NCBI GenBank assembly: GCA_003971905.1
Contig: RSEE01000070.1
Coordinates: forward strand, 186,001 to 250,000
Direction of reading: 5' to 3'
DNA: 64,000 nt
DNA from: Moniliella sp. 'wahieum'
Taxonomy: Eukaryota
Positions 1 through 11,392 of the stretch are shown in pieces (positions within the stretch are counted from its first letter, which is position 1; every line of letters begins with the position of its first letter). The notes under the pieces were generated by a model. That model worked only from the letters and a program-made list of their open reading frames with translations. It was not told where the DNA came from and did not search any database. A program made the translations under genes and the position numbers.

Positions 1-2000
1 ACTCTACAAACGCGCATCACGACAGCCGGCCCGTAGATCATCAACGCCATCCACATTAAACTCTTTGGAGGATCAAACAGTATTCAGAATCATGTCATTT
101 GGGAATGGACCTGGACGTTAAGCGTATTTGTGCTGCGAGATTCAATGAGAGCTGTTGTCCAAGGCCCTCTCCCAGTTTCCTCTTTTAGATGTTACGTTTC
201 CTCGACTCGTTACTCGTTGCCATAGTTTGGCTGATCTCGCTCCCATTTCCAATTTCTTCGTCTCGAGCGTCTCGCTCCTTCCCTGTTTCTTCCACTTCGC
301 ACCATGTCCTCTATTCTTGCTTCTTCCCCACGAACGATTGCTACACCCCTTGGCCTAGTCCGATTCTGGTCTCCCTCGCCTTAGCCCCGAGTGTGACACT
401 CGTGACTACCCTCGTTTTGCTCTCCTTTTGCTCGGAGGGGAGGGATTAATGCGGACTCCTCTGGGGTCCACTCTCTTGTTCTGCAAACACTGCTTGTTCT
501 TTGATCTCAAAATTGCGATTGCCAAAACAAAAGAGGTGTTGCTCTTCGTCGTTTTCCTTTGATTTTCTCCCCAGATATATCAGCTCTCAGGACTTGCGAC
601 GCTCTACATGGATGCAGAGCTGCGATCTCGACCTAACTCCGAGACAAGATCAGAAAGCAGCAAATGGAAATGGTGGTCGGTGGTGATCCGAATAAGGCGT
701 TTTGGCGAAACGAAGTCACTATAGTCTTTTCTTCAAGCTTCATCGACATCAAGGAATTTGGAACGCCACATGTCTGTGAACACATCACACGGACACTTTT
801 GGTCGGAGGTGACCCGGTGACGTGCACGTTACTATCGGGGACATGCCCTACTATTAGCGCTTATTTTATTTTAGCCTAAGCGCTAAAGCTTAACGCTAAG
901 CTTAGCTGCCATCGATCGCGGTGCACTTCCGGCCTCATTAATCATTAGCGCCGAGGGACCGCGGGCTCCGAGGACTGCTGATGCGCACATTACTCGCATA
1001 AGCCAACGACTAATAGCCTTGTCCTGTTTGCCCTTGTCCTGCTTCCTACCCTCAACGCGTATCTCTCGCCCGCAATCGATCGCCTACCCTACTGTCCCAA
1101 ACGCTTCAGCATCCATTGCGGTCTCCATAGCAGAGTGGACCAGGACGTCGCTACACTTCTCCACGCCCACAGGGCAAATAGGGTGCTGGCAGCACAGGCA
1201 CGGCGCCAATGCGCACAGGCCCTCATATTCCCAACGTTTCCCAACACGCCGCCTTAGAGTGACCTGTGAGGGGTTACCTTATGCGAGGCAGCACCACACG
1301 ACACTGCCCACCCCGCAAAAGCGGAATTACCTAGTTGACCCTGAGATCGACCTGAGACCCCATCTGTCTTAGCGCCGCCGCTGGTTTCAGTTGTGCAGTG
1401 CGCGGAGGTCGAAGGAGAAGTGGCCTGCAGTTATATGTGACACCACGTGACGACGATCCGCTCGTTTGGCGCGAGTAGTCGCACAAGGAGCCGCCAATCG
1501 CTCATGGCGATCACCAGTGCATGATGCGTGACCGGCGACCGGCGACCACGAGGTACACCAAGTACGAATCGATGAGTGGGTGATTAATGATTAATGATCG
1601 CTGATCGATGGGTCGGAGGGAGGGTTGCCCAAGCTTAATATATTCGCCAGCAGCAGTGGGCGGCCAGGCTTCAAACCTGCAGCAAAGCTCGCTTATAAGA
1701 TACTCATGGGCTTGGATCGAGAGTGCGTCTGGCCCGCCCGGCTGATTTGCTCACCACCAGCAGCTCTCCCTCTCGCCCTCGCCCTCCCACCTCGAGCAGC
1801 CGCCTGGCCACATGGAGCAGAATCACCGCAAGCCTACTAGCAACAACAGCAACAGGCCACAGCCATGCCCACACCGTCGCACCCCCTCTGTTTCACCTGC
1901 GAGACTGATGTTCCAATAAATACCCAGCCCCTCTCGGTCGAGCGTGCCTCCCGCACTCCCTTCCTCACACCACCACCCTGAGCTCCTCTCGCTCGCCACT

Positions 2001-3393
2001 ATGTCCTACGCACACGCGCTCAACACTCTGCCCTTGGCATTCTCCCCTGCTCCCACGGATCCCATCGCCCATGGGGAACAGCTGACCGCAAGCAGCATTC
2101 CCGCCCATCTCCCCCTTGCTCATCCCTACGAGCAGCCCCCGCCCGTTGAGTCCTTCTCCCGCCTCGAGCGCCTCGTCCAAATGCCCCCCCTCAGGCAAGC
2201 ACCAACGCACTCATCGTTGGCAATTGGCGATTGGCTTCCGTGGTGGCCAACTCTGTCCTTGTGGAACCGTTTCTCTCCCACCAGGCCATGTCGAGGGCAG
2301 TCAATACACTCTGCTTGATTTTGGACAATATGTGGCCCATCACGTCGCACGAACAAAGGGAGCTGCACCGCTACGTCGCCTCGCTCATGCGAGAAGTCTC
2401 CTCGCTGCCGATTCGGGGTGAGGGCGAGGCTTTGGCACCCAGCCCGCCCGCGCTCGCACCCCAGATCGGATTGATCGCCCCAACCAACCCCACCCTCATT
2501 CCTCCGCTCTGGTTTGACGCACCTACCACAGGCGCAAATGGTAAGTTTTCCCTCCTCTCTTATCTTTCTTTTTGAACAGGATTCTGACCGTGTTTAGACT
2601 CCCTTTCACCAGTGGGCAGTACTGCTTTGGCTCCGGAGTACGCGACTACGTTGACGAATGGAAAAGTGCCTACAGTTGCACTCTCACGCCGGGAGGCATC
2701 AAGACCTCTCCCAATGCTGGTTTCGAAGAACTATGCGGGTACACCTCTTCCAGGCCTTCTTCTTCTTCCCCACATCAACCCCTGCTCAGGGCGGGGCCAG
2801 CCACCCCACAAGAATACGGTGACAAAGGGTACCCCTCCGTCGCCACCTAAGAAAAGGGGACGGCCTCCGAAAGCTGCTGCGCAGAAAGCAGCCAAGCCCG
2901 TGCCTAAGCGGCCCCGCGGCCGTCCTCGCAAGCTCCAGACGAGCTCTTCTTTGTCTTCCTCGCCTCCTACCGCATCGGGTCAGGGAAGTGTTTCCAACCC
3001 CCCTGACAAGCCTGTGCCTAAGCGGCCCCGTGGTCGTCCCCCCAAGCGTCTTCAGTCGAGCTCTTCCGTGTCCGAATCCCCCCCGCGGTCCCAGGTCTGG
3101 AAGCAGATTCCATCCCCCTCATCGACGACCCTGTGGTCATTGCTCTAACTGAGCATCTGCTCCGTTCCCTTGACGCCACCGCTTCGCCACCGACGGACCT
3201 AGGCACGGTAGCAGCCTCTAACCCGCTCCATTCGACTTTAACCGTCGCTTCGACTGAGACTCTTCTCAACTTTGGCTCATTGGCCACCACCACGGATGTA
3301 CTGACCCCCCCCCTCTCTCGGACCCCATGCAAGAGATGGAGCTTGCCTGGGATCAGTTTGGCCTCCCGGCGCTCTTCCCGACGGAGTTCGTAA
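2001..3393 (+). CDS. Orphan AT-hook protein (frameshifted, one intron ~2541-2597)
   Basis: Starts MSYAHALNTL at 2001. GTAAGT...CTGAC...TTTAG intron. Three AT-hook motifs (KKRGRPPK, PKRPRGRPRK, PKRPRGRPPKR) at ~2850-3050. TATA-like TTATAA at ~1693. End approximate. Confidence 0.6.
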
Positions 3394-3587
3394 GGGACGA
3401 CGCGGGCATGCCCCCTTGATCGCACGGCTGCATCCGTGGGTGCGATAACAATCGCCTCACCCCCCCTTTTACAATATGGCTGAGAGATATGCGACCGAGA
3501 CCCAAGCAAGTTTGTTTGACTGATTCGGCTTGAATGAGGCTCAAAAAAAAGAAGAAGAAGAGAAGAAGAAAACGGCGAAGAAAAACT

Positions 3588-3870
3588 TGGTTCTTATCGA
3601 TGGTTCTCTTCCTTTCGTATCCTTCTTCAATCCTGGGTTCAAGACTCGTCTCACCCATAGCGGCATATGTCCTTCCCTTTCTAACTTATATTGATGCATG
3701 TAAATAGTGTTGGCTTTTTTGGCTCATAGAATGCGGGTCTCTGTATAGGCCACACTCCGACTTGCCAGTGTGTTGATTTTTGCGAACCCTTACGATATAT
3801 GCATCTCTCCGTCTCCATCCATGCATTCGTACGAGATGCTTATATCAGTGCCACCCCTATTATACACCAG
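3588..3870. repeat. Diverged direct repeat, copy 1 (partner at 6223-6479)
   Basis: Shared blocks in the same order: TGGTTCTTATCGATGGTTCTC, CCTTCTTCAATC, ATTGATG, CATAGAATG, TGTATAGGCCACACTC, AGTGTG, GATTTTTGCGAACC, GTACGAGATG, TATCAGT, TATTATAC.CCAG. Confidence 0.9.
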
Positions 3871-5016
3871 TATTAGTATCTGCACACATTTTGTTCCCAC
3901 AACTCTCCCCCCTTTTCATTCACATCTCATGCCTCAGATGTGTGTCCCAATGAGCAGACACAGCGGACAAAGTCTCCTATGACAGTCAGGCGAAGACATA
4001 GGGTCAGTGAAAATGTATGCCTACTGCAGTGGTGCTATACCCTTGTCACCAACGTACCTGTCCAATGCCGAGAAAAGAGGGAGGGGGAGAGGGGCCGTCA
4101 ATTTCCCTACTTCATATTATCTCCCTCGAAAAGCGACTCCGTGTGCAGTGTGCAGCACACGATATGGATCGGACTACAAAGTAGGGTCAGGAGCTCACAA
4201 GAGCTTTCTCTGACTTTCCCTTCTCTTCTCGAGCACAATTTGTGCACATAGGTGCTTAGCCTATTGGAAGCTGTAGCTATCCCGGCGCTAACGGTCAACC
4301 AACACCTTCAGCTCTTTTAAACCCATTGGCAGCTCGCAGCTATCCCGGGGTTAACGGGCACCCTAATTCCGAGAGCTCTTCGGTCACTATATAGCAGTGC
4401 TGACCTCCTCTTCGTCCTCAGCCTCACTCTCCCCCAGCAGCTCATACCCCTTGTATTTCTCCAGTCTCTTTGCCCCATTAATAACCATTCTTAATACCTT
4501 CTGGCCGCACCAGTCACTATAGTCAGCGTAAGCGCTCAAGCGCCCCGTCTTCAAGCATGGATCCAGCCCAAGTAGGGTCGTGAGACGGGGTGGTAGTCCA
4601 GGGCAGGTCTCACTAATCCATTTGAGCTTCCACTCAGACAAGACTAGGTCTCAGTACTTATACTTCAGTGCTGAGGCTGAGGCTGCCCCGCTGCCAGCTG
4701 CCTGCTTCGCATGCGCGTATAAGCACCCACGCGCCACGATCGATGATGAAGGGCATGACCGATGATCTCGATGATGCATGATGCATGATGCACCATGCAT
4801 GATAAACTGATGCTGGATGCTCCTTGTGGCCCAGTGCCTACCCCCCGCAATCAACTACAACACTGGTCCCCTGCCATATCCACCCCGCGCCCACGGACCC
4901 AAGGCGTCCGATCGGGATGTCTGACATGGGCGAGGCATCACATGCATCACATGTCGCACATCACCAGGCCCGCCTCTGTCCGCACTTCGCCATCTCATGT
5001 GGTTATTTTTGGCCAA

Positions 5017-6141
5017 ATGGCACCCCAACCCAACCCCCCGATCCATTTAACAGCACCCACACCTGCCCGCCACCTTTCTCCTCCTCTCCACCACCGTATC
5101 CGTCTCTTCAACAGCGTATCCGCCTCTCCAGCCGCATCTCTTCCTCCCCACCGCCCGCGTCTCCTCCGCTCAAGCATCGACCATGCCAGCCGCGAACCAC
5201 GCAGCTCACACCACGACGCCAGCGGTGCTCCGCTTCGCAGCAGCATGAAACGCCGCAGTGAACATGTGGGGGCCGATGACATTGAAGTCCAAGGTGCCGC
5301 CCGTACTCCCAAGCGAGTCCGTTTTTCCTCTTTCGATCCACCGGCCCAAGAGCAGGCCGATGGCATTGAAGCTCAAGGTGCCGACCGGCCTCCCAAGCGA
5401 GTCCGCTTTTCCTTCTTCGACGCACGGGACCAAGTCGCCGACGTCAACAAGGAACAGCCGCTGGGGCCCAATCCAAGCTCCGCACCTGACCATTCGGCCA
5501 CGTCGCCCCTCGGGACGAAGCGCTCATTAACACACATGGCTGAGCAACACGAGGACCAGGCGGACGAGCCCCGCCCAGCCAAGCGCGTTCACTTTTCCTC
5601 TCCTTCTAAGGATACGGATGCGGTGGAAAACCCCGCTCGCAGCCGCCGCCGTTGCCACCGCACCGTGCCCAAGTGGACGTCCAAGCTCCGCACTCTCTTC
5701 CGCTACCAGCCAGCAAATCAAACTGCCCTACTGGGGGTGGCAATGACGCAAGAAGAGCAGGTCAAAAGGGAAAAGAAGGAGCATAAACGTGAAGAACGCT
5801 TCAACTTCCGCCTCGACATGGCGATTGGCCTCTTGGAGCAAGAGCTGAGCCTGATCCGGTCCGAAACGTGGCCCGGTCTCTCGAGCAATGAGTACGACTC
5901 GTCGGATGAAGAGCAAGAACCGGTCAACGACGAAGAAGCACCCCCTGAGCACCACATCCCCACATCTCTGTTCGACGTGCTGATGGATGTTGGAGGCAAC
6001 GGGGACGAGCAGGAGGACGGTGCAGTGGACAGTGCCTTTGACCTCCCCTTCTCTCCCCCGTCTCCATCGCTTTTCAGCCCCCCATCCAGTGGGCCCTTTG
6101 TCGCACGAGATGTGGACGAGGAGGTTGTATCGATCCCGTAA
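5017..6141 (+). CDS. Orphan protein with three K-R-V-x-F motifs and an acidic C-terminus
   Basis: Uninterrupted ORF (open from 4795; ATGs at 5017 and ~5245). Contains PKRVRFSSFD, PKRVRFSFFD and PAKRVHFSSP, an internal DNA duplication at ~5272-5420, and a coiled segment EEQVKREKKEHKREERF. Confidence 0.65.
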   Translation: MAPQPNPPIHLTAPTPARHLSPPLHHRIRLFNSVSASPAASLPPHRPRLLRSSIDHASREPRSSHHDASGAPLRSSMKRRSEHVGADDIEVQGAARTPKRVRFSSFDPPAQEQADGIEAQGADRPPKRVRFSFFDARDQVADVNKEQPLGPNPSSAPDHSATSPLGTKRSLTHMAEQHEDQADEPRPAKRVHFSSPSKDTDAVENPARSRRRCHRTVPKWTSKLRTLFRYQPANQTALLGVAMTQEEQVKREKKEHKREERFNFRLDMAIGLLEQELSLIRSETWPGLSSNEYDSSDEEQEPVNDEEAPPEHHIPTSLFDVLMDVGGNGDEQEDGAVDSAFDLPFSPPSPSLFSPPSSGPFVARDVDEEVVSIP

Positions 6142-6222
6142 CTTGGCTCTCACATCCTCTCCACCCATCTGGCCTGCTCATGCGTCCTGAGCAAAAAAAA
6201 AAAAAGGTGCAAACAAAAAATC

Positions 6223-6479
6223 TGGTTCTTATCGATGGTTCTCATCTTCCTTTCGCATCCTTCTTCAATCTTGGGCTCGAAACTCGTCTCGCTCGCCCAT
6301 AGCGAAGTCTCCTTACTTTGCGAACTGATATTGATGTTCGTCATTGTTGGTTTTTGGGTCATAGAATGAGGTTGTATAGGCCACACTCTTTGCTAGTGTG
6401 ATGATTTTTGCGAACCTCCGGCTTCATCCGTGCCTTTGTACGAGATGTTCGTATCAGTACCACACTTATTATACGCCAG
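6223..6479. repeat. Diverged direct repeat, copy 2 (partner at 3588-3870)
   Basis: Same blocks as copy 1. Both copies are preceded by an A-rich tract. Confidence 0.9.
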
Positions 6480-6778
6480 CAGGTCTGGCTACTCCGAAGC
6501 TTGCTCACCGGTGAGACGTTGAGTGGCGCCACCTCATCGAGAATATACTCGAGGGCCGTCGAAAGCCTCGTCTCAACACAATAATGTAGTGAATGCATAA
6601 AACAAGCAAGGCAGGTAATGGTACAGAGAAATAAGGAGTACATGAAAAACAGAAATAGCACTGGAGTAAAAGGCATGATGCACATGACGGGGATGGGAGG
6701 AAGCAAGACTCGCCCACAGAGAGGGAGAGGTACTGGACCCACAACAGGCATCGGTATCGGCACGGGAGGTTGTGTATA

Positions 6779-8913
6779 TCAAGAGGACAGTCCCACCGCC
6801 CAAAGTTCCACTTGAAAGCACTCAAAGTATTCCTCCTCCTTGCCCCCGGGCGCAGGGGAAAGGTAGGTACGGCGGACGAACACAAAATGTCATTATCAAA
6901 CGTCGCGCACCGCGCCGACGATCCTCGTGCAAATGCATCGTCGAGCCACAGACCGTACCCTCCTTGGCTCTTGGACGACGCACCAAACCGATACTGAGAA
7001 AGCGGGCTTCGGACAGGACGATAAAGTCGTTCTGACCTGTCCAAGGGTAGACCACCAGTCGTTCCCCACCTTCGCCTTCGCTTTCGCCTTCGCCTTCTGC
7101 GCAGCCTCAGGTTGACGATCGGTCGTGTCTGCTGGTGTGGGCACAGCCTTCCAGAGAAAACTTTCTCCCGACCCATAGTAGTGCGACTGGATGTGGAGGT
7201 GAGTGTGGAGGTAGGCGCCAAACACGTGCCCTTCCATATCGCGAATCGCAAGGACCAGACCTGCATCGTTGCGGTTCGTCATGGCACCCAGGTGAGGATG
7301 GTGGGGGTGTGGTGATGAAGTGGTGGGCGGGGCACTAGGATGAGGGTGAGCAGGAGCGTGGAGACTAGCAGATGGGTAGATGGGCTCCGTCCCGTGCTTG
7401 TCAAGACAGGACGGTCGTCCTCTTGGGCCGAGGGAGAGGGGAAGTAGATAGTGTTGGCACCGCACCCTGCACATGAGAAGCCAGTTCCTTCCAAAAGCGC
7501 AAAGGGACCCGGGGTATTTTCAAACGTGTCCCGAGCGGGAGCGTAGGCGAAAAACTTGTCTGCCAAGGCATACATTGTCTTTAAGCTGACTCCATGCTGG
7601 TCCAAACTGTAGATCAACTGCCACTTGTCTCCCAACCGCAGTCGGGGAGGCAATCGAGCTTGAAGATGCGCAGCGAGGGAGGCGCTCACCACACCCTTTA
7701 CGTCCGATTTAGCGTCGCCTGCACCCGGTTCAGACGAACCTTCATCCGTGTGCGCCCCACGAGCTTGACGGGAATGCCTCGCTTGCGTTGTGCAGAGCGG
7801 GCAAGTTCCTGGGCCGCCCATACGGCAGCCGTGGCGCCCCCTAGCGTACCCTCGTTTCGGGGATTGAAGCCCGGTGCGCCATTGATAGGAAGCGTGCTTT
7901 GACGATGGAGAGACTTTCCAAACCGGATGGGGGTGATCCCCAATTCGCTCGGGAGGGTGTGCGTGGGAAACTAGGCGAGGCTTCGGAGACGAGCGACGGC
8001 GTTCGTACGGCGTGCTGCTTCCGGCATAGCCGGAGAAGCCACTGTCGTTTCCAACAGATGGGCTACGGCGGTGACGTCCCCCCCACCAGACCCCATAAAT
8101 TGAGACGAATCCTCTTGATCGCCCCCTCCGTTGGCGTGGGAGAATGATCCGAGGCGCTGACGGATCTTAGACCAGGGCGATGGCGGCGGTGAAGCGGGGG
8201 CATGCATCCCTCTGTGTAGGAACGGGCCAAGGCAGGGATGGGACGTGGCGATGATTTTCCTTCTTTGGCCTTGGCCCAGGGAGTGTTGTGATTCGTTTCA
8301 GGAGCAGGATGCGGATCGTTCGCCGCCTCATGGAATACGATGCCTCGCCAGGACCGCCGCTGGGACGAGGGATCTGGTTTGCCTTGCTCGGCTAGGGCAG
8401 TCAGGCTGTGGACCAGATCAGAGTGGGCCTTATCGCTCGACCGGCCCGAGCGGGCGGCTGGCGGGGGGTGGGAGGCATGCATGGATGGAAGAGACGAGGC
8501 ATAGTGGGTTCGTACCGCACTTGGTGCATGTCGGCCTGGGGGGGAGCCGGGCTGGGGCGCATGAGGCCCAGCACTTTGGCTTCTTCCTGGAGCAGCTTGA
8601 GCGACGAGCGATGGTGGTCCCATGCCGGATAGCCCGACTGGGTATGGCTGCGCTTGGAACGGGGCGAGAGCGGCGCGGCGCGTGGGGCGGGAGAGCGGCG
8701 CAGTTCGGGTGACGCGGGTGGCGGGGGGACTGGGTGGAAGAGAAGGCACGGCAGCCACGGCGGCTCGGTAGGAGGAGGAGAGGAGGAGCAGCAGCAGCGC
8801 AGCGCTGTTCGACACGCCACCGCGGGAGGGTGATGCGCAAGATGGGCTGGACGCGGACGGCGGCCGGATGGCACGGTCGCCGCCCTGATTGCCGGCGTGG
8901 GCGATGGGGGCAT
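6779..8913 (-). CDS. OXR1: Oxidation resistance protein 1 (TLDc domain)
   Basis: LPPRLRLGDKWQLIYSLDQHGVSLKTMY, LVLAIRDMEGHVFGAYL, YYGSGESFLWK, VYPWTGQNDFIVLS, GGYGLWLDD...SARCATFDNDILC, FECFQVELWAVG-stop. Several frameshifts; start approximate. Confidence 0.9.
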
Positions 8914-9230
8914 GGCGAGGCAGGGGGAGGCGAAGGGGAGCGGGGCGGGCGTGTGTGGTTAGTTAGGCCATGGATCGGTGGGTTGCTGATGGCACAGATT
9001 CGTCTTTCTGATCTCCGATCTCAGACGTCCGTGGCTGCCGCCGCGCACAGACCAGTGTGGGAGCCAGTCTTACACGAGGGCGTGCATCTGACGTAACAGG
9101 GACGAGCGCTGGTTAGGAGCGGCGGCTGCCGATTGATTGGCTGCGCTTTCCGCTCTGTCTGAACAGCTGCGCTGCGCTCCGCCGCTCCAGCCCGCCGGCG
9201 TCGACCGCAGCCATCCGACAGCCTCGCTCC

Positions 9231-11255
9231 ATGCGCTGGTCTGCGCACCACGCCCTGCGGCTCCTCGTCGCCGCCGCGGCCCTCGTCGGCGTCGCGCACG
9301 CATTCGACGTGCGTGTCAGCCATGCCGATGGCCTCCTCCAGACATGCAGTGGCATGTGGGCCGGCAAGAACACCAGCATCTCCCTCACCTTCTCCCCCGC
9401 CGACAGCGACGCCAAGGTCGCCGTCATCATCTACGAGTGGTCCGACTTTGCCCGCCTCGGCGCCCGCTCTACCATCACCCCCCCCGATGCGGGCAACCAG
9501 CTGGCCGCCCCTGTCTTCACCCCCACCGAGTACATTTGCAACCCTTCGGCCATTGCCAGCCAGCTCTGTCCCCCATCCGACGTGGGCAACTGGATCGCCC
9601 CTGACAATGGCTCCTTCTCCCGCCACCTGGTCGCAGTCAGTCCTCAACAGGTACCTGAACCTATTGTGTGTGCCATTTCCCCACCTGCGCCTGTGCTGAG
9701 CGCACCCGCTTACCCCTCCCCTGTCTCGGTTTGTAGCACTACGAGGTGTCCAAGAAGGGGTACTACTGCGTCGGCGCTGTCACAGTGGCGCGGGCGATGG
9801 CAACCCCGGCTTGGCCGAGGCCGATACGGATGCTCCCTTCAGTGGCCTGGTGCACTTTGAGAATAAGTTCGAGGGCACCTTGCCTGCTGCCGAGTACCCA
9901 AACTTGGCTTTTACTTTTGGATGACTGTTGTGTATGCCTGATGGCCGGCGGCTGGGGCTACTTGTGCTTTGTACATCAGGACGAGCTGTTGCCCATCCAG
10001 CACATGATTTCGGCCATTATGGTCTTTCTTGTGGTTGACATGGCCATCCAGTGGGGATACTTGCGGTATCAGAACACCCACGCAATTGATTACTGGCACA
10101 TGCGCGCTGTCCTTCCCGGGCACGCAGGTGAGACGGCTGCCCTGCGCGCTCTACTTGCTTTGACGGCACTGATGGATGCAGCCAAGACGACGCTGTCCCT
10201 GTTTTTGCTGCTGGTGGTTTCTCTCGGGTACGGCGTGGTGCGCCCCAGCTTGGGCCCCATTATGCGCCGTGCCCAGGCCTTGGGCCTGGCTCACTTCATC
10301 TGTGGTATGCTCTACACGATCGGGATCATCATGCTCCTCACTGAATCCTCCACCACCTGGCCGCTCCTCTTCATCTTGCCCCTCGCCCTGACCCTGGCCG
10401 TGTTTTTGCTCTGGATTCTCCATGCACTCACCTCGACCATCGCTACGCTCGAACGTCGACGCCAGACATTCAAACAGCAAGTGTTTACCAAGCTCCATCG
10501 TCTTCTTGTGGGCACAGCCGTGTCGATTATGGTTTACTTTGTGGTTGCTGGCATTGTGTTTGGCCAGGCGGGGAGAATTCGGACCCGGGACATGGACCTA
10601 CCGCTGGTTCATGCTCGATGGTTGGCTTTCCATCTTGTACCTTGTGGCCTTTATGGGGATCGCGTATCTGTGGCGCCCAACAGGACAGAACTTGCGTTTG
10701 TCCATGTCGGATGAAGTGGCGACCGACGATCTGGGTGCGCCCGATGACTATGAGATCAACGAGTTTGCCCCACCCAGACGATGGAGAGGAGGAGGAGGAC
10801 CACCACCCCAGGGGGCGCAGTCGAACCAAGGTTTCTTCTCCGGTCTCTTTGGTGCACTGGGACGAGCAGCAGAGGAACAAGCTGGTCTTGATGGTCCTCG
10901 TGCCCAAGCGGCAACTGCCGCACGGACTGCTGCTACCCCACCCCCAGAGGAGTCAGCGCCCCGCGCACCCGCACCCCAGGGACCTTCCCCTCCTTCTCCA
11001 GTGCTCCACGACAGCGGGGACGCATTTACCATTGGTGAGGGGGACGATGACGAGGGAGAGGGCTCGTCGAAAGTACATGCATCTGCTGAGGATGACAGTT
11101 CAACGATCCATGTTGGTCCCGTGAAGGCGTACGAAGGCACGGCGGCCGAGCGTAAGGGCCTGTTTACTTCCTCCTCCGATGACGAGGACGACGATGGGTT
11201 CTCGGACATTGCCAAAGACCTGCCGTCGGGTGATCTTAGGAAGAAACACGATTAA
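9231..11255 (+). CDS. PTM1: PTM1 / GOST (TMEM87-GPR107-like) seven-TM membrane protein
   Basis: Signal peptide, CSGMWAG, VIIYEW, YEVSKKGYYCV, LPAAEYPKL, ELLPIQHMIS, LLVVSLGYGVVRPSLG, RWFMLDGWLSILYL...LWRPT. Intron ~9668-9737; frameshifts. Confidence 0.88.
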
Positions 11256-11392
11256 TTGATCAGTCGAGGGGGCCTGCATCAGGACTACGACGGACTTGAT
11301 TTTTCTTGGTAGTTCTGCCCCCCGCATGAATTCCCGTTTGACCACCCCCTTCCCGTCTCACGGTCACGCAGTCAGGTTCAGGAGCTTGGGAG

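Noticed and set aside
1..900. Possible gene or TE in the first 900 bp, including the repeat GGTCGG.GGTGA.CCG at ~675 and ~801
   Set aside because: No recognisable protein motif or terminal structure; cannot be supported from this window.
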